Source: Flavobacteriales bacterium
GTDB taxonomy: Bacteria; Bacteroidota; Bacteroidia; Flavobacteriales_F; PHOS-HE28
DNA length: 64,000 nt
Reading direction: 5' to 3'
Assembly: GCA_017987895.1 (NCBI GenBank)
Contig: JAGNSU010000003.1
Coordinates: forward strand, 22,033-86,032
Shown: in pieces, positions 15,594 through 24,426 of the stretch
How the letters are laid out: the number at the start of each line of letters is the position of its first letter
How positions within the stretch are numbered: position 1 is the first letter of the stretch
Position numbers and translations under genes: made by a program
The notes under the pieces: generated by a model
Told to the model about the DNA's origin: nothing
Database searches by the model: none
The model's input: only the letters and a program-made list of their open reading frames with translations

Positions 15594-16799
15594 CTACGAC
15601 TTGGCCGTATGCCGCAACCACCTCGGCAGGATGATCACACCGATAACCACATACAGGTAGTAGGTGAGCAGTCGCCACACCAAGGCTACGGCTCCTATCA
15701 AACCCAAGGCGGGCAGCAGGTCTTTGAAGAAACCAGCGAAGGCCAGTTCCGCGAAACCACTGGCGCCCGGCGTGGGGCTGATGAGCAGGATCACCCACAT
15801 CACCAATTGGCGTGCATAGAGGAGCAGGTGATCGCTCACCGGAAAGAAGGCGGCGGCCAGGCAGTTCACTACCAGAAAGCGCGAGGCCCATCCCCACACG
15901 GTAGCGGCGAAGCCCTTCGCCCAATAACTCACGGGGCGTTCCTTGAGGTCCGCCGAGGCGAGCACAAGATCGTGGCCCGTGGCGGCGATGTCCTGCCGCC
16001 AGCGGCGCAACGGCTTCCATTGGAAGAGCTTCAGGGTCCAATGCTTGATGGCACGCGGGCGGAAGAACACCGCATACCACACGGCCAGGGTCATGGCGAC
16101 GATCACCGCGTAGCCGATCCAGAACACCACCATCATGTTCAAACCCCCGAAGGCTTCGTCCAAATGGGGCGGGAACAGAGCGGCCATGCCCACAAAGGCG
16201 AAGACGAGCGGCACGGTGATGATATAGAAGAGTTCATCCAGCATCGCGGTGACCAGCACGATGGCCGTGCTGCGGCCAAGCGCGATGCCTTCGCGTTGCA
16301 GGATGAACGCAGCGAACGCGGTGCCGCCAACCACCGATGGTGCGAGGTTGCAGGCGAATTCCCACAGCATCACCGCATTGAAGCTGCTGCGCCAGCCGAG
16401 TTGCTTGCTTGTTAGAATGCGGATGCGCACGATATAGCCCAGGTCCCGGAAAGCGGTGAACAGCAGGGCGAGCAGCAGCCAGCCGGTGCTGTACCACGTC
16501 CATTCGACGCTGGTCAGCGCGTCGCGTGCGGTCAGTCGGCGGAAGTCACCGGAGCCATCCGCAGTGGAGGAGAAATCCGCTGGATCGCTGGGATCCACAA
16601 TGCCGTTGCCATTGGCATCGTTCCAGGTGAAGCCACCGTGTCCGTCCGGTGCGGGCTCGAAACGCGGGGCGCGCAGGTCGCGCACCAGCAGCCAGCCCGC
16701 CGCGAGCAAACCGATGAGGATGGGCAGCAAGATCCGCCGCCGGCTGAAACCGGAACGGAAAGCCTTCTCTTTGTCCTGTGCTGGCGGCTCCACGGTCAT
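15594..16799 (-). CDS. Multi-pass membrane protein, flippase-like / lysylphosphatidylglycerol-synthase-TM-region (UPF0104) type
   Basis: 401 aa with about 8 hydrophobic helices. One loop carries DANGNGIVDPSDPADF. The family assignment is from memory of similar Bacteroidota proteins. Confidence 0.7.
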   Translation of the reverse strand: MTVEPPAQDKEKAFRSGFSRRRILLPILIGLLAAGWLLVRDLRAPRFEPAPDGHGGFTWNDANGNGIVDPSDPADFSSTADGSGDFRRLTARDALTSVEWTWYSTGWLLLALLFTAFRDLGYIVRIRILTSKQLGWRSSFNAVMLWEFACNLAPSVVGGTAFAAFILQREGIALGRSTAIVLVTAMLDELFYIITVPLVFAFVGMAALFPPHLDEAFGGLNMMVVFWIGYAVIVAMTLAVWYAVFFRPRAIKHWTLKLFQWKPLRRWRQDIAATGHDLVLASADLKERPVSYWAKGFAATVWGWASRFLVVNCLAAAFFPVSDHLLLYARQLVMWVILLISPTPGASGFAELAFAGFFKDLLPALGLIGAVALVWRLLTYYLYVVIGVIILPRWLRHTAKS

Positions 16800-16806
16800 C
16801 TATGGC

Positions 16807-16814
16807 CCAATGTA
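16807..16814 (-). promoter_or_regulatory. -7 box TACATTGG, 7 nt upstream of ATG 16799
   Basis: The minus strand reads TACATTGG GCCATAG ATG. Confidence 0.4.
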
Positions 16815-16823
16815 GCTGCCCGC

Positions 16824-17762
16824 TTGGATCCGTTGGCGCAGCCCCGCACACAGGCCCATATCGCTCTCTTCGCGGTCAACCTGATCTACGGGGCCAACTA
16901 CACCGTGGCCAAGAGCTTGATGCCGGGGGTGATCGGTCCATCGGGTTTCATTTTGGTGCGTGTGGTCGGCGCCAGCCTGCTCTTCTGGGCGCTGATGCCG
17001 CTGTACCGCGAGCGGGTGAGTTGGGCGGATGTTCCGCGTCTCTTGCTCTGTGCGGTGCTCGGTGTTGCGCTGAACCAACTGATGTTCTTCCAAGGCCTCA
17101 TGCGCACGAGCGCCCTACATGCGAGCTTGATCATGGTCGTAGCTCCGATCCTTGTGCTCGTGTTCGCGGCCGTGCTCATTGGTGAGCGGGTCACCCGCGC
17201 CAAGGTGGCGGGTATCCTGTTGGGGGCAACGGGCGCTTCTTTGTTGCTGTGGCTCAGTGCGCAGGGTGGTGATGCGGGGAGCACGCTGCTCGGCGATGTG
17301 TGCATACTGATCAACGCCGCGTCCTACGCGCTCTACCTGGTGCTGGTGAAGCCATTGATGCGGAAGTACTCGGCCGTGACCATCATGGCGTGGACCTTTC
17401 TTTTCGGGACGGTGATGGTACTTCCGTTCGGTGCGCACGAAACCCCCAAGGTGGATTGGCAGGGCCTGGCGATGGGGCAGTGGATCGCGATCGCTTTTGT
17501 GGTCCTCATGGTCACCTTTATCGCTTACCTGTTGAACACCTGGGCGCTACGGCGCGTGGAGCCGAGCGTGGTGGGCGCCTACATCTACTTGCAACCGGTC
17601 ATGGCCATCGTATTCGGGTGGTTGTATCTGTGGCTGGGGTGGATGCCAGGGGAAGGGAACACGGCCACACCGGATCCGGGAATTGCCCATGCCCTCAGCG
17701 CGGGGTGCATCTTCCTAGGTGTCCACCTGGTGAACCGTGCGGATCGCCAGGGTGCGGCGTGA
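16824..17762 (+). CDS. EamA/DMT-family transporter
   Basis: Ten hydrophobic segments. The N-terminus AHIALFAVNLIYGANYTVAK is typical of EamA proteins. ORF 16638 overlaps the divergent gene. The first plausible in-frame start is TTG 16824, but the start remains uncertain. Confidence 0.75.
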   Translation: MDPLAQPRTQAHIALFAVNLIYGANYTVAKSLMPGVIGPSGFILVRVVGASLLFWALMPLYRERVSWADVPRLLLCAVLGVALNQLMFFQGLMRTSALHASLIMVVAPILVLVFAAVLIGERVTRAKVAGILLGATGASLLLWLSAQGGDAGSTLLGDVCILINAASYALYLVLVKPLMRKYSAVTIMAWTFLFGTVMVLPFGAHETPKVDWQGLAMGQWIAIAFVVLMVTFIAYLLNTWALRRVEPSVVGAYIYLQPVMAIVFGWLYLWLGWMPGEGNTATPDPGIAHALSAGCIFLGVHLVNRADRQGAA

Positions 17763-17893
17763 TCGAGGGTCCCCCCGTATGGCCGTTTGGCGGAAGCTCT
17801 GCGTTCATCTGCGGATCAACTTCCTTACGGCGGTAGAAGAGAGCAAGACGTGATAGCCCCCGGACCTGTCCATGCGCTGCGATCCTAGGCGGC

Positions 17894-17901
17894 TACCTTT
17901 G
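17894..17901 (+). promoter_or_regulatory. -7 box TACCTTTG, 14 nt upstream of the yicC ATG
   Basis: Exact match to TAnnTTTG. Confidence 0.5.
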
Positions 17902-17915
17902 GCCAAAACGCGGGT

Positions 17916-18785
17916 ATGTTGCGATCGATGACCGGCTTCGGCCGTGCCGAGGGGGCGGTGGGCGAGCGCAAGGTGAGCGTAGAGCTCCGCTCGCTCAACA
18001 GCAAGCAGCTCGATCTGCTCGTGAAACTGCCCTCCGCTTATCGGGAGAAGGAAGCCGAACTGCGCGCCTGGCTGGCGGACCGTATCGTGCGGGGCAAGGC
18101 GGAACTCTTCGTAGCCCTGGATCGCGCGGCCAACGGAAAGCGCAACGCCTACGACCCGGAGACCGTCCGGATCCAGTACGCACAGCTCAAGGCCTTGGCC
18201 GATTCCGTGGCGCCGGGCCACGTCACCGATCTGCTGGGCATCGTACTGCGCCAGGCGGAACAGACCCCACCGGCCGAAGAAACAGTGGATCCGGCGGAAT
18301 GGGAAGGGATCCTCGCATTGATCCACCAGGCGGTGGAGGACTTCTCCTCCTACCGCACCGAAGAAGGGCAGCGCCTGATGGAAGACCTGCGGGCCACCGT
18401 GGCGCGCGTCGGCGTGTTGATGGACGAGATCGCCACCTTGGACCAGGGTCGCACGGACAAAGTGCGTGAGCGCCTGCGCACGAAGGTGGAGGAACTTTCC
18501 ACCACGGTGGATCGCGACCGTTTCGAGCAGGAGCTGACCTACTATCTGGAGAAGTTCGACATCAACGAGGAGAAGGTGCGGTTACGGGCCCATTGTGCCT
18601 ACTTCCTGGAAACCCTGGCCGCGCCCGATCAACAGGGCCGCAAGCTGGGCTTCATATCCCAGGAGATGGGCCGCGAGATGAACACCATCGGTTCCAAGGC
18701 CAACGATGCGCCGATCCAAAAGCTGGTGGTGCGCATGAAGGACGATCTGGAGAAGATCAAGGAGCAACTGCTCAATGTGCTCTAA
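17916..18785 (+). CDS. yicC: YicC-family stress-induced protein
   Basis: N-terminus MLRSMTGFGRAEG. The C-terminal segment NTIGSKAND..QKLVVRMKDDLEKIKEQLLNV is of the DUF1732 type. Confidence 0.9.
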   Translation: MLRSMTGFGRAEGAVGERKVSVELRSLNSKQLDLLVKLPSAYREKEAELRAWLADRIVRGKAELFVALDRAANGKRNAYDPETVRIQYAQLKALADSVAPGHVTDLLGIVLRQAEQTPPAEETVDPAEWEGILALIHQAVEDFSSYRTEEGQRLMEDLRATVARVGVLMDEIATLDQGRTDKVRERLRTKVEELSTTVDRDRFEQELTYYLEKFDINEEKVRLRAHCAYFLETLAAPDQQGRKLGFISQEMGREMNTIGSKANDAPIQKLVVRMKDDLEKIKEQLLNVL

Positions 18786-18788
18786 CGC

Positions 18789-19364
18789 ATGGCGATCCGG
18801 GAAGGTAAATGCGTGATCTGTTCGGCGCCCTCCGGTGCGGGTAAGACCACCATCGTACACCACCTGTTGCGCCAGATACCGGAGCTCGCATTTTCGATCT
18901 CCGCGACAAGCCGCCCCATGCGGCCCAAGGAGCGGGAGGGGGTGGACTATCATTTCCTGAGCCCGAAGGAATTCGAGCGCCGCATCGCCGAAGACGCCTT
19001 TGTGGAATGGGAAGAGGTGTATCCCGGTCGGTACTACGGCACGCTCCGCAGCGAGGTAGAGCGCATCTGGGCTTCCGGGAAGCATATCATCTTCGATGTG
19101 GACGTGGTGGGGGGCTTGCACCTGAAGCAGCTTTTCGGTGCACAGGCCCTGGCCCTCTTCATAGAGCCACCCTCACTTGAGGTTCTTGCCGAACGGTTGA
19201 TACAGCGCGGCACCGAGACCGCCGAGACCCTGAAAGTGCGGGTGGACAAGGCCACGCACGAAATGGGGACCGCGGACCGCTTCGATGCGGTGGTGGTGAA
19301 CCACGCGCTGGACCAGGCCTGCGCGGAGGCGGTGGCCTTAGTGCGCGATTTCCTCAGGAAATGA
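18789..19364 (+). CDS. gmk: Guanylate kinase
   Basis: P-loop SAPSGAGKTT, followed by ATSRPMRPKEREGVDYHF. Confidence 0.93.
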   Translation: MAIREGKCVICSAPSGAGKTTIVHHLLRQIPELAFSISATSRPMRPKEREGVDYHFLSPKEFERRIAEDAFVEWEEVYPGRYYGTLRSEVERIWASGKHIIFDVDVVGGLHLKQLFGAQALALFIEPPSLEVLAERLIQRGTETAETLKVRVDKATHEMGTADRFDAVVVNHALDQACAEAVALVRDFLRK

Positions 19365-19948
19365 CCATCGCCTGTTTGTTCGGCACGTTCGATCCCCCGC
19401 ACAACGGACATCTGAACATCGCGCGCCAGGTTCTGGAGCAAAGCGGCGTAGACCAGGTGTGGTTGGTGATCACCCCGATGAACCCCTTTAAGCAGGACCA
19501 GGCGATCAGTGCGAACGATCATCGGGTGGCCATGGTGCGCGCGGCATTGGAGAACATGGACGGGATCGAGGTTTCCACCGAGGAACTTGCGCTCCCCCCC
19601 CCCAATTACACCGCCGATACACTGGCCCACTTCCGAACACGTTGGCCGGAACATCGTTTCCGGCTGGTGATGGGTAGCGACAACCTGGCCCAGTTGGATC
19701 GCTGGAAGGACGCCGAAGGGATCCTTGAACACCATGGGATCATCGTCTACCCCCGCCCGGGGTACGATCTGCACCGGAACCGGTCCGTGTTCGCGGACCA
19801 CGTCGACGTCAGCTTTCTTGAAGGACCGGTCATGGACCTGTCCAGCACCCGCATCCGGCAGGGGGTCCGTGAGGGAAAGCCTGTCGATCACTGGGTGGGC
19901 CCCCAGGTCGCGGCCTACATCGCGGCGAACGGGCTCTACAAGGACTGA
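19361..19948 (+). CDS. nadD: Nicotinate-nucleotide adenylyltransferase
   Basis: HxGH motif FGTFDPPHNGHL. The start overlaps the gmk stop in an ATGA arrangement. Confidence 0.9.
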   Translation: MTIACLFGTFDPPHNGHLNIARQVLEQSGVDQVWLVITPMNPFKQDQAISANDHRVAMVRAALENMDGIEVSTEELALPPPNYTADTLAHFRTRWPEHRFRLVMGSDNLAQLDRWKDAEGILEHHGIIVYPRPGYDLHRNRSVFADHVDVSFLEGPVMDLSSTRIRQGVREGKPVDHWVGPQVAAYIAANGLYKD

Positions 19949-20586
19949 AGTGAGAGCGGGGCCACCTTCAGGGCGGCCTGGTTCAAATGATCGGCCAACA
20001 CCGTCGCAGCTCGGTTGAGATCCACCTCGTTCACCACGTGCAGGTCGCAATGATGGCGATAGGGCAGCAGGAACTCCCGGTATGCGGGCATTACATGGTT
20101 GTCCCACTGATAGCGCACCTCTTCACTGCCATAGCCACGCTCCAGTTCATCGCGTTGTAGGCGCCGCTGGAGTTGTGTATCCTCATGCGCCTCGATGAAC
20201 ACGCGCAGATCGAACAGTTCGCGCAACGGCGCGTGGTGCAGCACGAACAGGCCTTCCACCAGGACGATGGGAGCGGGTGCGATCTCGATCACCGAGGGTT
20301 GCTTTTCCTCCTGGTTGAAGGTGTACTCGGTGCGCACGAGCGTATCGCCTGCTACCAGAAGTTGTAGATCGCGCACCAAGGCGTTCAGATCGATGCCCGT
20401 GGGGAGATCGAAATTCACCCGGCCGTTGGGATCCACGGCTTGCTGGGACAGTGGTAGATAGTAGTCGTCCTGTGAGATCAGGCATACCGAACCCGGCGGG
20501 AGGCGATCGCGTAGCGCACGTACCAGGCTGGTTTTGCCCGATCCGCTACCTCCAGCGACCCCTACGAGGTACGCTCCCCGATGCAT
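19936..20586 (-). CDS. udk: Uridine kinase
   Basis: ATG 20586 gives MHRGAYLVGVAGGSGSGKTS, which contains the P-loop. A TACTTTTG box lies 5 nt upstream. The 3' end overlaps nadD by 13 nt in convergent orientation. Confidence 0.9.
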   Translation of the reverse strand: MHRGAYLVGVAGGSGSGKTSLVRALRDRLPPGSVCLISQDDYYLPLSQQAVDPNGRVNFDLPTGIDLNALVRDLQLLVAGDTLVRTEYTFNQEEKQPSVIEIAPAPIVLVEGLFVLHHAPLRELFDLRVFIEAHEDTQLQRRLQRDELERGYGSEEVRYQWDNHVMPAYREFLLPYRHHCDLHVVNEVDLNRAATVLADHLNQAALKVAPLSLQSL

Positions 20587-20591
20587 GCGCG

Positions 20592-20599
20592 CAAAAGTA
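20592..20599 (-). promoter_or_regulatory. -7 box TACTTTTG, 5 nt upstream of the udk ATG
   Basis: The minus strand reads TACTTTTG CGCGC ATG. Confidence 0.5.
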
Positions 20600-20708
20600 G
20601 CGGTGTGCAGGTTGGTATGGGAGCGCCCTGGCGGAAACCGGGTGATGACCCGTTGAGCTCTGGCACGATGCTTGTTTTCCATCGAACGTTCAACGAACCA
20701 TCCAAGTC

Positions 20709-20852
20709 ATGAAGACCCGACCGAACCGTGTGGAACGACTGAAGAAGCAGGCCCAGCGCCTGATGCTGGCCGGCGATGTGACGCGGTACATGAACAAACT
20801 GCGAGAACTGTACGAACTGCGCCTGGCAACGGGTGGGTTCGCGATCCAGTGA
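20709..20852 (+). CDS. Unannotated 47-aa basic helical protein (below the ORF-track cutoff)
   Basis: ATG..TGA translates to MKTRPNRVERLKKQAQRLMLAGDVTRYMNKLRELYELRLATGGFAIQ. Third codon positions are mostly G/C, as in neighbouring genes. A hairpin plus T-run follows. Confidence 0.4.
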   Translation: MKTRPNRVERLKKQAQRLMLAGDVTRYMNKLRELYELRLATGGFAIQ

Positions 20853-20902
20853 GGAGGTGGTCCGGGGGACCGGGCCAAACTTCTGGTTTTGGTGAAAGCG
20901 GT

Positions 20903-20936
20903 GGCGGGGCCTGTGGTGGGCCCCGTCGCCGTTTTC
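20903..20936 (+). terminator. Intrinsic-terminator-like hairpin after the 47-aa ORF
   Basis: GGCGGGGCC / GGCCCCGTC forms a 9-bp stem (one G-U pair) with a 7-nt loop, followed by GCCGTTTTCG. Confidence 0.5.
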
Positions 20937-21014
20937 GCCTACGGGGGTAAAGGGTCCGTCCAAAAAGCGCCCGCCGTGCGGATCTTTTTCATGGGTCGGG
21001 CGTAGAAGGTCCCC

Positions 21015-21191
21015 ATGACGAAGAAGGACAAGATAGCCTTCATCCGGAGCAGCAAGCGCAAGACGCATGTGTACAATGACCTTCACAGGTTCTCGGACCA
21101 GCAGCTCAACGACCTCATTCGTGAGATCGTGCAGGGCCTTGTCAGGGAGAGCGAGATAATCGCCAATGCCTACATGAACGGTTATCGGTAG
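21015..21191 (+). CDS. Unannotated 58-aa basic protein (below the ORF-track cutoff)
   Basis: Translates to MTKKDKIAFIRSSKRKTHVYNDLHRFSDQQLNDLIREIVQGLVRESEIIANAYMNGYR. GC3 is high. A hairpin follows at 21244-21264. Confidence 0.45.
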   Translation: MTKKDKIAFIRSSKRKTHVYNDLHRFSDQQLNDLIREIVQGLVRESEIIANAYMNGYR

Positions 21192-21243
21192 ACAAGCGGA
21201 TCGGCATGCGCCCCTACTGAAGGCTGGAAGCGACAGGTAACCG

Positions 21244-21270
21244 GGCCCCTGAAATTCAGGGGCCTTGTTA
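21244..21270 (+). terminator. Hairpin after the 58-aa ORF
   Basis: GGCCCCTGA / TCAGGGGCC forms a 9-bp stem with a 3-nt loop, followed by TTGTTA. Confidence 0.5.
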
Positions 21271-21369
21271 CGTCCGGCCGGGCCGCTCAGCTTTCCTACC
21301 AAGACCTCAAGGAAAGCGCCAAGGAAAGGGTGTGGCCGTTACTTTCACCATCCTCAACCTCCGTTGCAC

Positions 21370-23424
21370 ATGAAACATCTTTCCGCACTCGTGCTCCTGG
21401 CCCCGCTCACGGCGATGGGTCAGTCCTTGGTCTCTACCCAGCCCCAGAACCGAACGGCCCTCCTGGAGGATTTCACCGGTATCCACTGCCAGTACTGTCC
21501 CGAAGGGCATACCGTCGCGGCGGCCATTGAAACCGCCAACCCGGATGAGGTGGTGGTGGTCGGTGTTCACGCGGGGGTATACGCCACGCCAGGAGTTGGC
21601 GAACCGGACTTCCAGACCACCTGGGGCACGGAGATCGACGCTCATTTCACCATCACCGGGTATCCGGCTGGTGTGATCAACCGTCATCTGTTCAATGGCG
21701 CGGATGATCTGGGACGCGGCGCATGGGAAGGAGCGGTGAACGAGGTTCTGGCCATGACCTCCCCCGCCAACCTCGGCATGCAGAGCAGCTTCGACAACGG
21801 TACCCGCTTGCTCACCGTGGACGTTGACGTGTACTACACGGATAATAGCCCCGGTGGCAACGACTATATCAGCGTGCTGCTGAAGGAGAGCGACATTATC
21901 GGCCCTCAGACGAGCACCGGTGGGAACATTCCGAACTACCAGCACAACCACGTGCTGCGCGCGTACCTCACCCCGGGCACTTGGGGCGATGAGGTGACCA
22001 CCACTACAGCAGGCACCCTGGTACAACGCACATACACCTACACGGTGCCGACGAATTTTGACATCACCAACTGCGAAGTGGTCGCGTTCGTGAGCGAGGA
22101 CCAGACCGAAGTTTACCAAGCGCGCGAAGTGGTCGCTGAGGGAGGCACTACGTTGATCGTCGGTTCGCTTACCGGTCCACCCGCGCCATACGCAGGTGGA
22201 AGCTCTGGGAGCACCACGACCTTCGCCAACACCTTCAGCAATGAGCTGGGTGCCTCGGCCGACTACATCTTCACCCTTGCCAGCGCCGATGCCCCAGCGG
22301 ATTGGACGGCCAGCTTTGATGTCATGGGCAATACCTACACGGGTGCGTCCACGCTTACCGTGAACACGGGTGTGCAGGAGCCGGTAAGCGTGAACATCGT
22401 CCCTGGTGCTTCGGTGGCGGTGGCCACGTACGAACTCACGGTGGCCGCAGTGAGCGAGCCCAATGCGCCCATCCTTTCGCAGCTTTATTACGTCATGAGC
22501 GGCGTTACGGATCTGGTGGTGAGCAATCCCCTGGCCGAAGCGCATGAGCCCATCTACATGAGCGGCCTCGCGGTTGCCAACCAGGCCGGCCGTGCGAAGA
22601 CCAGCCGTGACATGTTCGGGGGTTTCGCGGATGCGGGCGCCTTGGGCGGAGTGAACAACCTATACTTCAATGTCAGTTGGACGTTCCCGAGCCTTACGGA
22701 CGAGGTGGTGGCTCAGTTGGGCGCTTTTCTTGATGCCGGGGGTAACCTGATGATCGCGGGCCAGGACATCGGCTGGGACCAGAGCGGGGATGCCGCGGCC
22801 TATGGCACGGCCATCACCCAGGCGTTCTACGAGGACTACATGTACGCCGATTATGTGGCGGATGGGTCCACGACCAACAGTTCGGTGAACTTCGAAGATG
22901 GGGATGCGGTCTTCGGCGCGGTACCGAACTCGAACATCAATGCCGTCTTTGGCGCGAACAGCTATCCCGAGGAGATCACCCCCATCGCACCGGCGGTGCC
23001 GATCCTGCGCTACAATACCCCGACCAAGATCGGTGGGCTTCGTGTGGAGACGGCCAATTACAAACTGGTCTATTTCGGTGTTGGTCCTGAGCAGATGTCC
23101 GACCTCGCCGTAGCGGATAAAATGATCCAGCTGAGCCATGACTGGTTCTACGGAGTGGTAGCTGTGGAAGAGCTGGACAACGCGTTCCAAGGAACTATGT
23201 GGCCCGTGCCGACCAGCGACGTCTTGAACGTTCGCATGGACGGAACGATCCAGCACTATGCGGTGGTCGATGCCGCTGGGCGCACGGTACGCGCCGAGCG
23301 CCTCGCCAACCCTGCGGACCGTCTTTCGATCACCGTAGGCGATCTGCGGGCTGGTCTTTACACATTGCAGGTCACTGTGGAGGACGGGACCCGGACCGCT
23401 CGCGCTTTCAGCGTGGTGCGCTAG
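21370..23424 (+). CDS. Omp28-related / thioredoxin-like surface protein with a T9SS CTD
   Basis: ATG 21370 gives the signal peptide MKHLSALVLLAPLTAMGQ. The motif LLEDFTGIHCQYCPEGH is typical of the Omp28-related family. The CTD is MWPVPTSDVLNVRMDG..GLYTLQVTVEDGTRTARAFSVVR. Confidence 0.75.
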   Translation: MKHLSALVLLAPLTAMGQSLVSTQPQNRTALLEDFTGIHCQYCPEGHTVAAAIETANPDEVVVVGVHAGVYATPGVGEPDFQTTWGTEIDAHFTITGYPAGVINRHLFNGADDLGRGAWEGAVNEVLAMTSPANLGMQSSFDNGTRLLTVDVDVYYTDNSPGGNDYISVLLKESDIIGPQTSTGGNIPNYQHNHVLRAYLTPGTWGDEVTTTTAGTLVQRTYTYTVPTNFDITNCEVVAFVSEDQTEVYQAREVVAEGGTTLIVGSLTGPPAPYAGGSSGSTTTFANTFSNELGASADYIFTLASADAPADWTASFDVMGNTYTGASTLTVNTGVQEPVSVNIVPGASVAVATYELTVAAVSEPNAPILSQLYYVMSGVTDLVVSNPLAEAHEPIYMSGLAVANQAGRAKTSRDMFGGFADAGALGGVNNLYFNVSWTFPSLTDEVVAQLGAFLDAGGNLMIAGQDIGWDQSGDAAAYGTAITQAFYEDYMYADYVADGSTTNSSVNFEDGDAVFGAVPNSNINAVFGANSYPEEITPIAPAVPILRYNTPTKIGGLRVETANYKLVYFGVGPEQMSDLAVADKMIQLSHDWFYGVVAVEELDNAFQGTMWPVPTSDVLNVRMDGTIQHYAVVDAAGRTVRAERLANPADRLSITVGDLRAGLYTLQVTVEDGTRTARAFSVVR

Positions 23425-23443
23425 TCAGTCATTTCGAACGGGC

Positions 23444-23482
23444 CAGCGGGCCGTGGAGCGATCCACGGCCCGCTGCTTTTTT
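23444..23482 (+). terminator. Canonical intrinsic terminator
   Basis: CAGCGGGCCGTGG / CCACGGCCCGCTG forms a 13-bp stem with loop AGCGAT, followed by CTTTTTT. Confidence 0.8.
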
Positions 23483-23508
23483 GGAGCAGGAACCCTGCAC
23501 GCGGCGGC

Positions 23509-23516
23509 TATCTTGG
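23509..23516 (+). promoter_or_regulatory. -7-like box TATCTTGG, 4 nt upstream of the ppk2 ATG
   Basis: Sequence reads TATCTTGG CAGC ATG. Confidence 0.4.
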
Positions 23517-23520
23517 CAGC

Positions 23521-24417
23521 ATGCGAACGTTGTTGCACGATCCCGCCTATGTGGTGGACCGGCCTGGGCCGTTCGACCTGGCCAGGTTCCCCACGGATGT
23601 ATCAGGTGAGGAGGACAAGAAGGAATTGAAGGCCCGTGTGGACAAGGACAAGGAGCGGATCATCGAATTACAGGAGCGGCTCTATGCCACGGATTCCCAT
23701 GCCCTCCTGCTGGTGTTCCAAGCCATGGACGCGTCCGGAAAGGACAGTTGCATTCGCCATGTGCTCAGTGGTTTGGATCCACAAGGCTCCCAAGTGTGGT
23801 CGTTCAAAGCACCGAGCGCCGAGGAGCGCGATCACGATTTCCTTTGGCGCCATGCGCGGGCTTTACCCGAGCGTGGCCGCATCGGGATCCACAACCGGAG
23901 CCATTATGAGGAGGTCGTGGTCACACGGGTACATCCAGAGTTCGTTCTGGCCCAGCGCATTCCAGGGATCGACCGCGCGGACCGGGTCGGCAAGGCCTTT
24001 TGGCAACGCCGCTATTCGAGCATTCTCCACTTCGAGGAGCACCTGGCACAAGAGGGTACCGTGATCATGAAATTTTTCCTGCATATGGGCCGCGATGCGC
24101 AGAAGCAGCGTTTTCTCGAGCGCATCCATGATCCTGAGAAGCGCTGGAAGTTCAACGCAGAGGACGTACGGGAACGGGCGCATTGGAAGGCCTATCAGCA
24201 GGCCTACTCTGAAGCCATCGGCGCCACCGCCGCGGCGCACGCTCCATGGTACATTGTGCCCGCCGATGAACAGTGGGAGAGCCGCGCCCTGGTGGCGAGG
24301 ATCATCCGTGAGCGCCTCGAAGCCATGGACCTGCGACCACTGAAGCCCAGCGCGGAGCAAGATGCCGCAGCAGCGGAAGCGGAGCGCATATTGAACATGG
24401 AACCGAAGGACGCTTAG
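23521..24417 (+). CDS. ppk2: Polyphosphate kinase 2 family (polyphosphate:nucleotide phosphotransferase)
   Basis: LLVFQAMDASGKDSCIRHV (Walker-A-like) and FLWRHARALPERGRIGIHNRSHYEEV are characteristic of PPK2. Confidence 0.9.
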   Translation: MRTLLHDPAYVVDRPGPFDLARFPTDVSGEEDKKELKARVDKDKERIIELQERLYATDSHALLLVFQAMDASGKDSCIRHVLSGLDPQGSQVWSFKAPSAEERDHDFLWRHARALPERGRIGIHNRSHYEEVVVTRVHPEFVLAQRIPGIDRADRVGKAFWQRRYSSILHFEEHLAQEGTVIMKFFLHMGRDAQKQRFLERIHDPEKRWKFNAEDVRERAHWKAYQQAYSEAIGATAAAHAPWYIVPADEQWESRALVARIIRERLEAMDLRPLKPSAEQDAAAAEAERILNMEPKDA

Positions 24418-24426
24418 CTTTAGACC

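Noticed and set aside
16638-16823. N-terminal extension of the EamA ORF
   Set aside because: It overlaps the divergent flippase-like gene and its promoter box. The translated extension is Arg/Pro-rich with no membrane character.
17805-18326. 173-aa minus-strand ORF
   Set aside because: It is antisense to the well-supported yicC gene.
19936-19948. 13-nt convergent overlap of the nadD and udk 3' ends
   Set aside because: It is real but unremarkable in compact genomes, and no additional structure was seen.
20562-21302. 246-aa minus-strand ORF spanning the udk/Omp28-like gap
   Set aside because: It overlaps the udk start and promoter box. The sequence is not protein-like, and the plus strand holds two compact ORFs with terminators.
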